Below, piece by piece: positions 63,971 through 64,000 of a stretch of 64,000 nucleotides of DNA. Position numbers and translations under genes: made by a program. Each line of letters opens with the position of its first letter. The stretch's first letter is position 1. Source of the DNA: Alphaproteobacteria bacterium (GTDB lineage: Bacteria; Pseudomonadota; Alphaproteobacteria; JAAXGF01); contig CAUVXB020000002.1 in the NCBI GenBank assembly GCA_963555825.3, positions 1,760,001 to 1,824,000 on the forward strand, read 5' to 3'. A model generated the notes under the pieces. That model was not told the origin of the DNA and searched no databases. It saw only the letters and a list, made by a program, of their open reading frames with translations.

Positions 63971-64000
63971 TAGAGCACAATCCGATCGATTGAAATCGGT
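63971..64000 (-). repeat. End of another MITE-like copy (G), cut by window edge
   Basis: TAGAGCACAATCCGATCGATTGAAATCGGT resembles the reverse complement of 50177-50206. Confidence 0.6.

Overview
High-GC alphaproteobacterial (Rhodospirillales-like, by gene content) chromosomal window with heavy mobile-DNA traffic. Left: a minus-strand type II secretion operon (gspF'-G-H-I-J-L-M-N-K) whose gspF is decapitated by a stack of nested elements (ISKra4-like / IS21 / group II intron 5' end / IS6 / recombinase remnant) ending at tRNA-Ala(CGC). Then housekeeping genes (yggT, folD, argG, rlmN, queF, gcvA-like, acetoacetyl-CoA ligase, thpR). A small defence islet holds hicBA', an Abi-like HEPN gene and a HEPN gene framed like an integron cassette. 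A TPR-sulfotransferase gene is split by a symmetric nest: two copies of an IS1182-like element sit at the same nucleotide position in the left and right terminal repeats of an IS256. Further IS3, ISKra4-like, IS630 (x2) and IS1595 elements, a bradavidin-like gene and an oxygenase operon follow. Several short dispersed repeat families occur, including a MITE-like element with an expandable 20-bp array. All calls are by eye from motifs; no searches were run.
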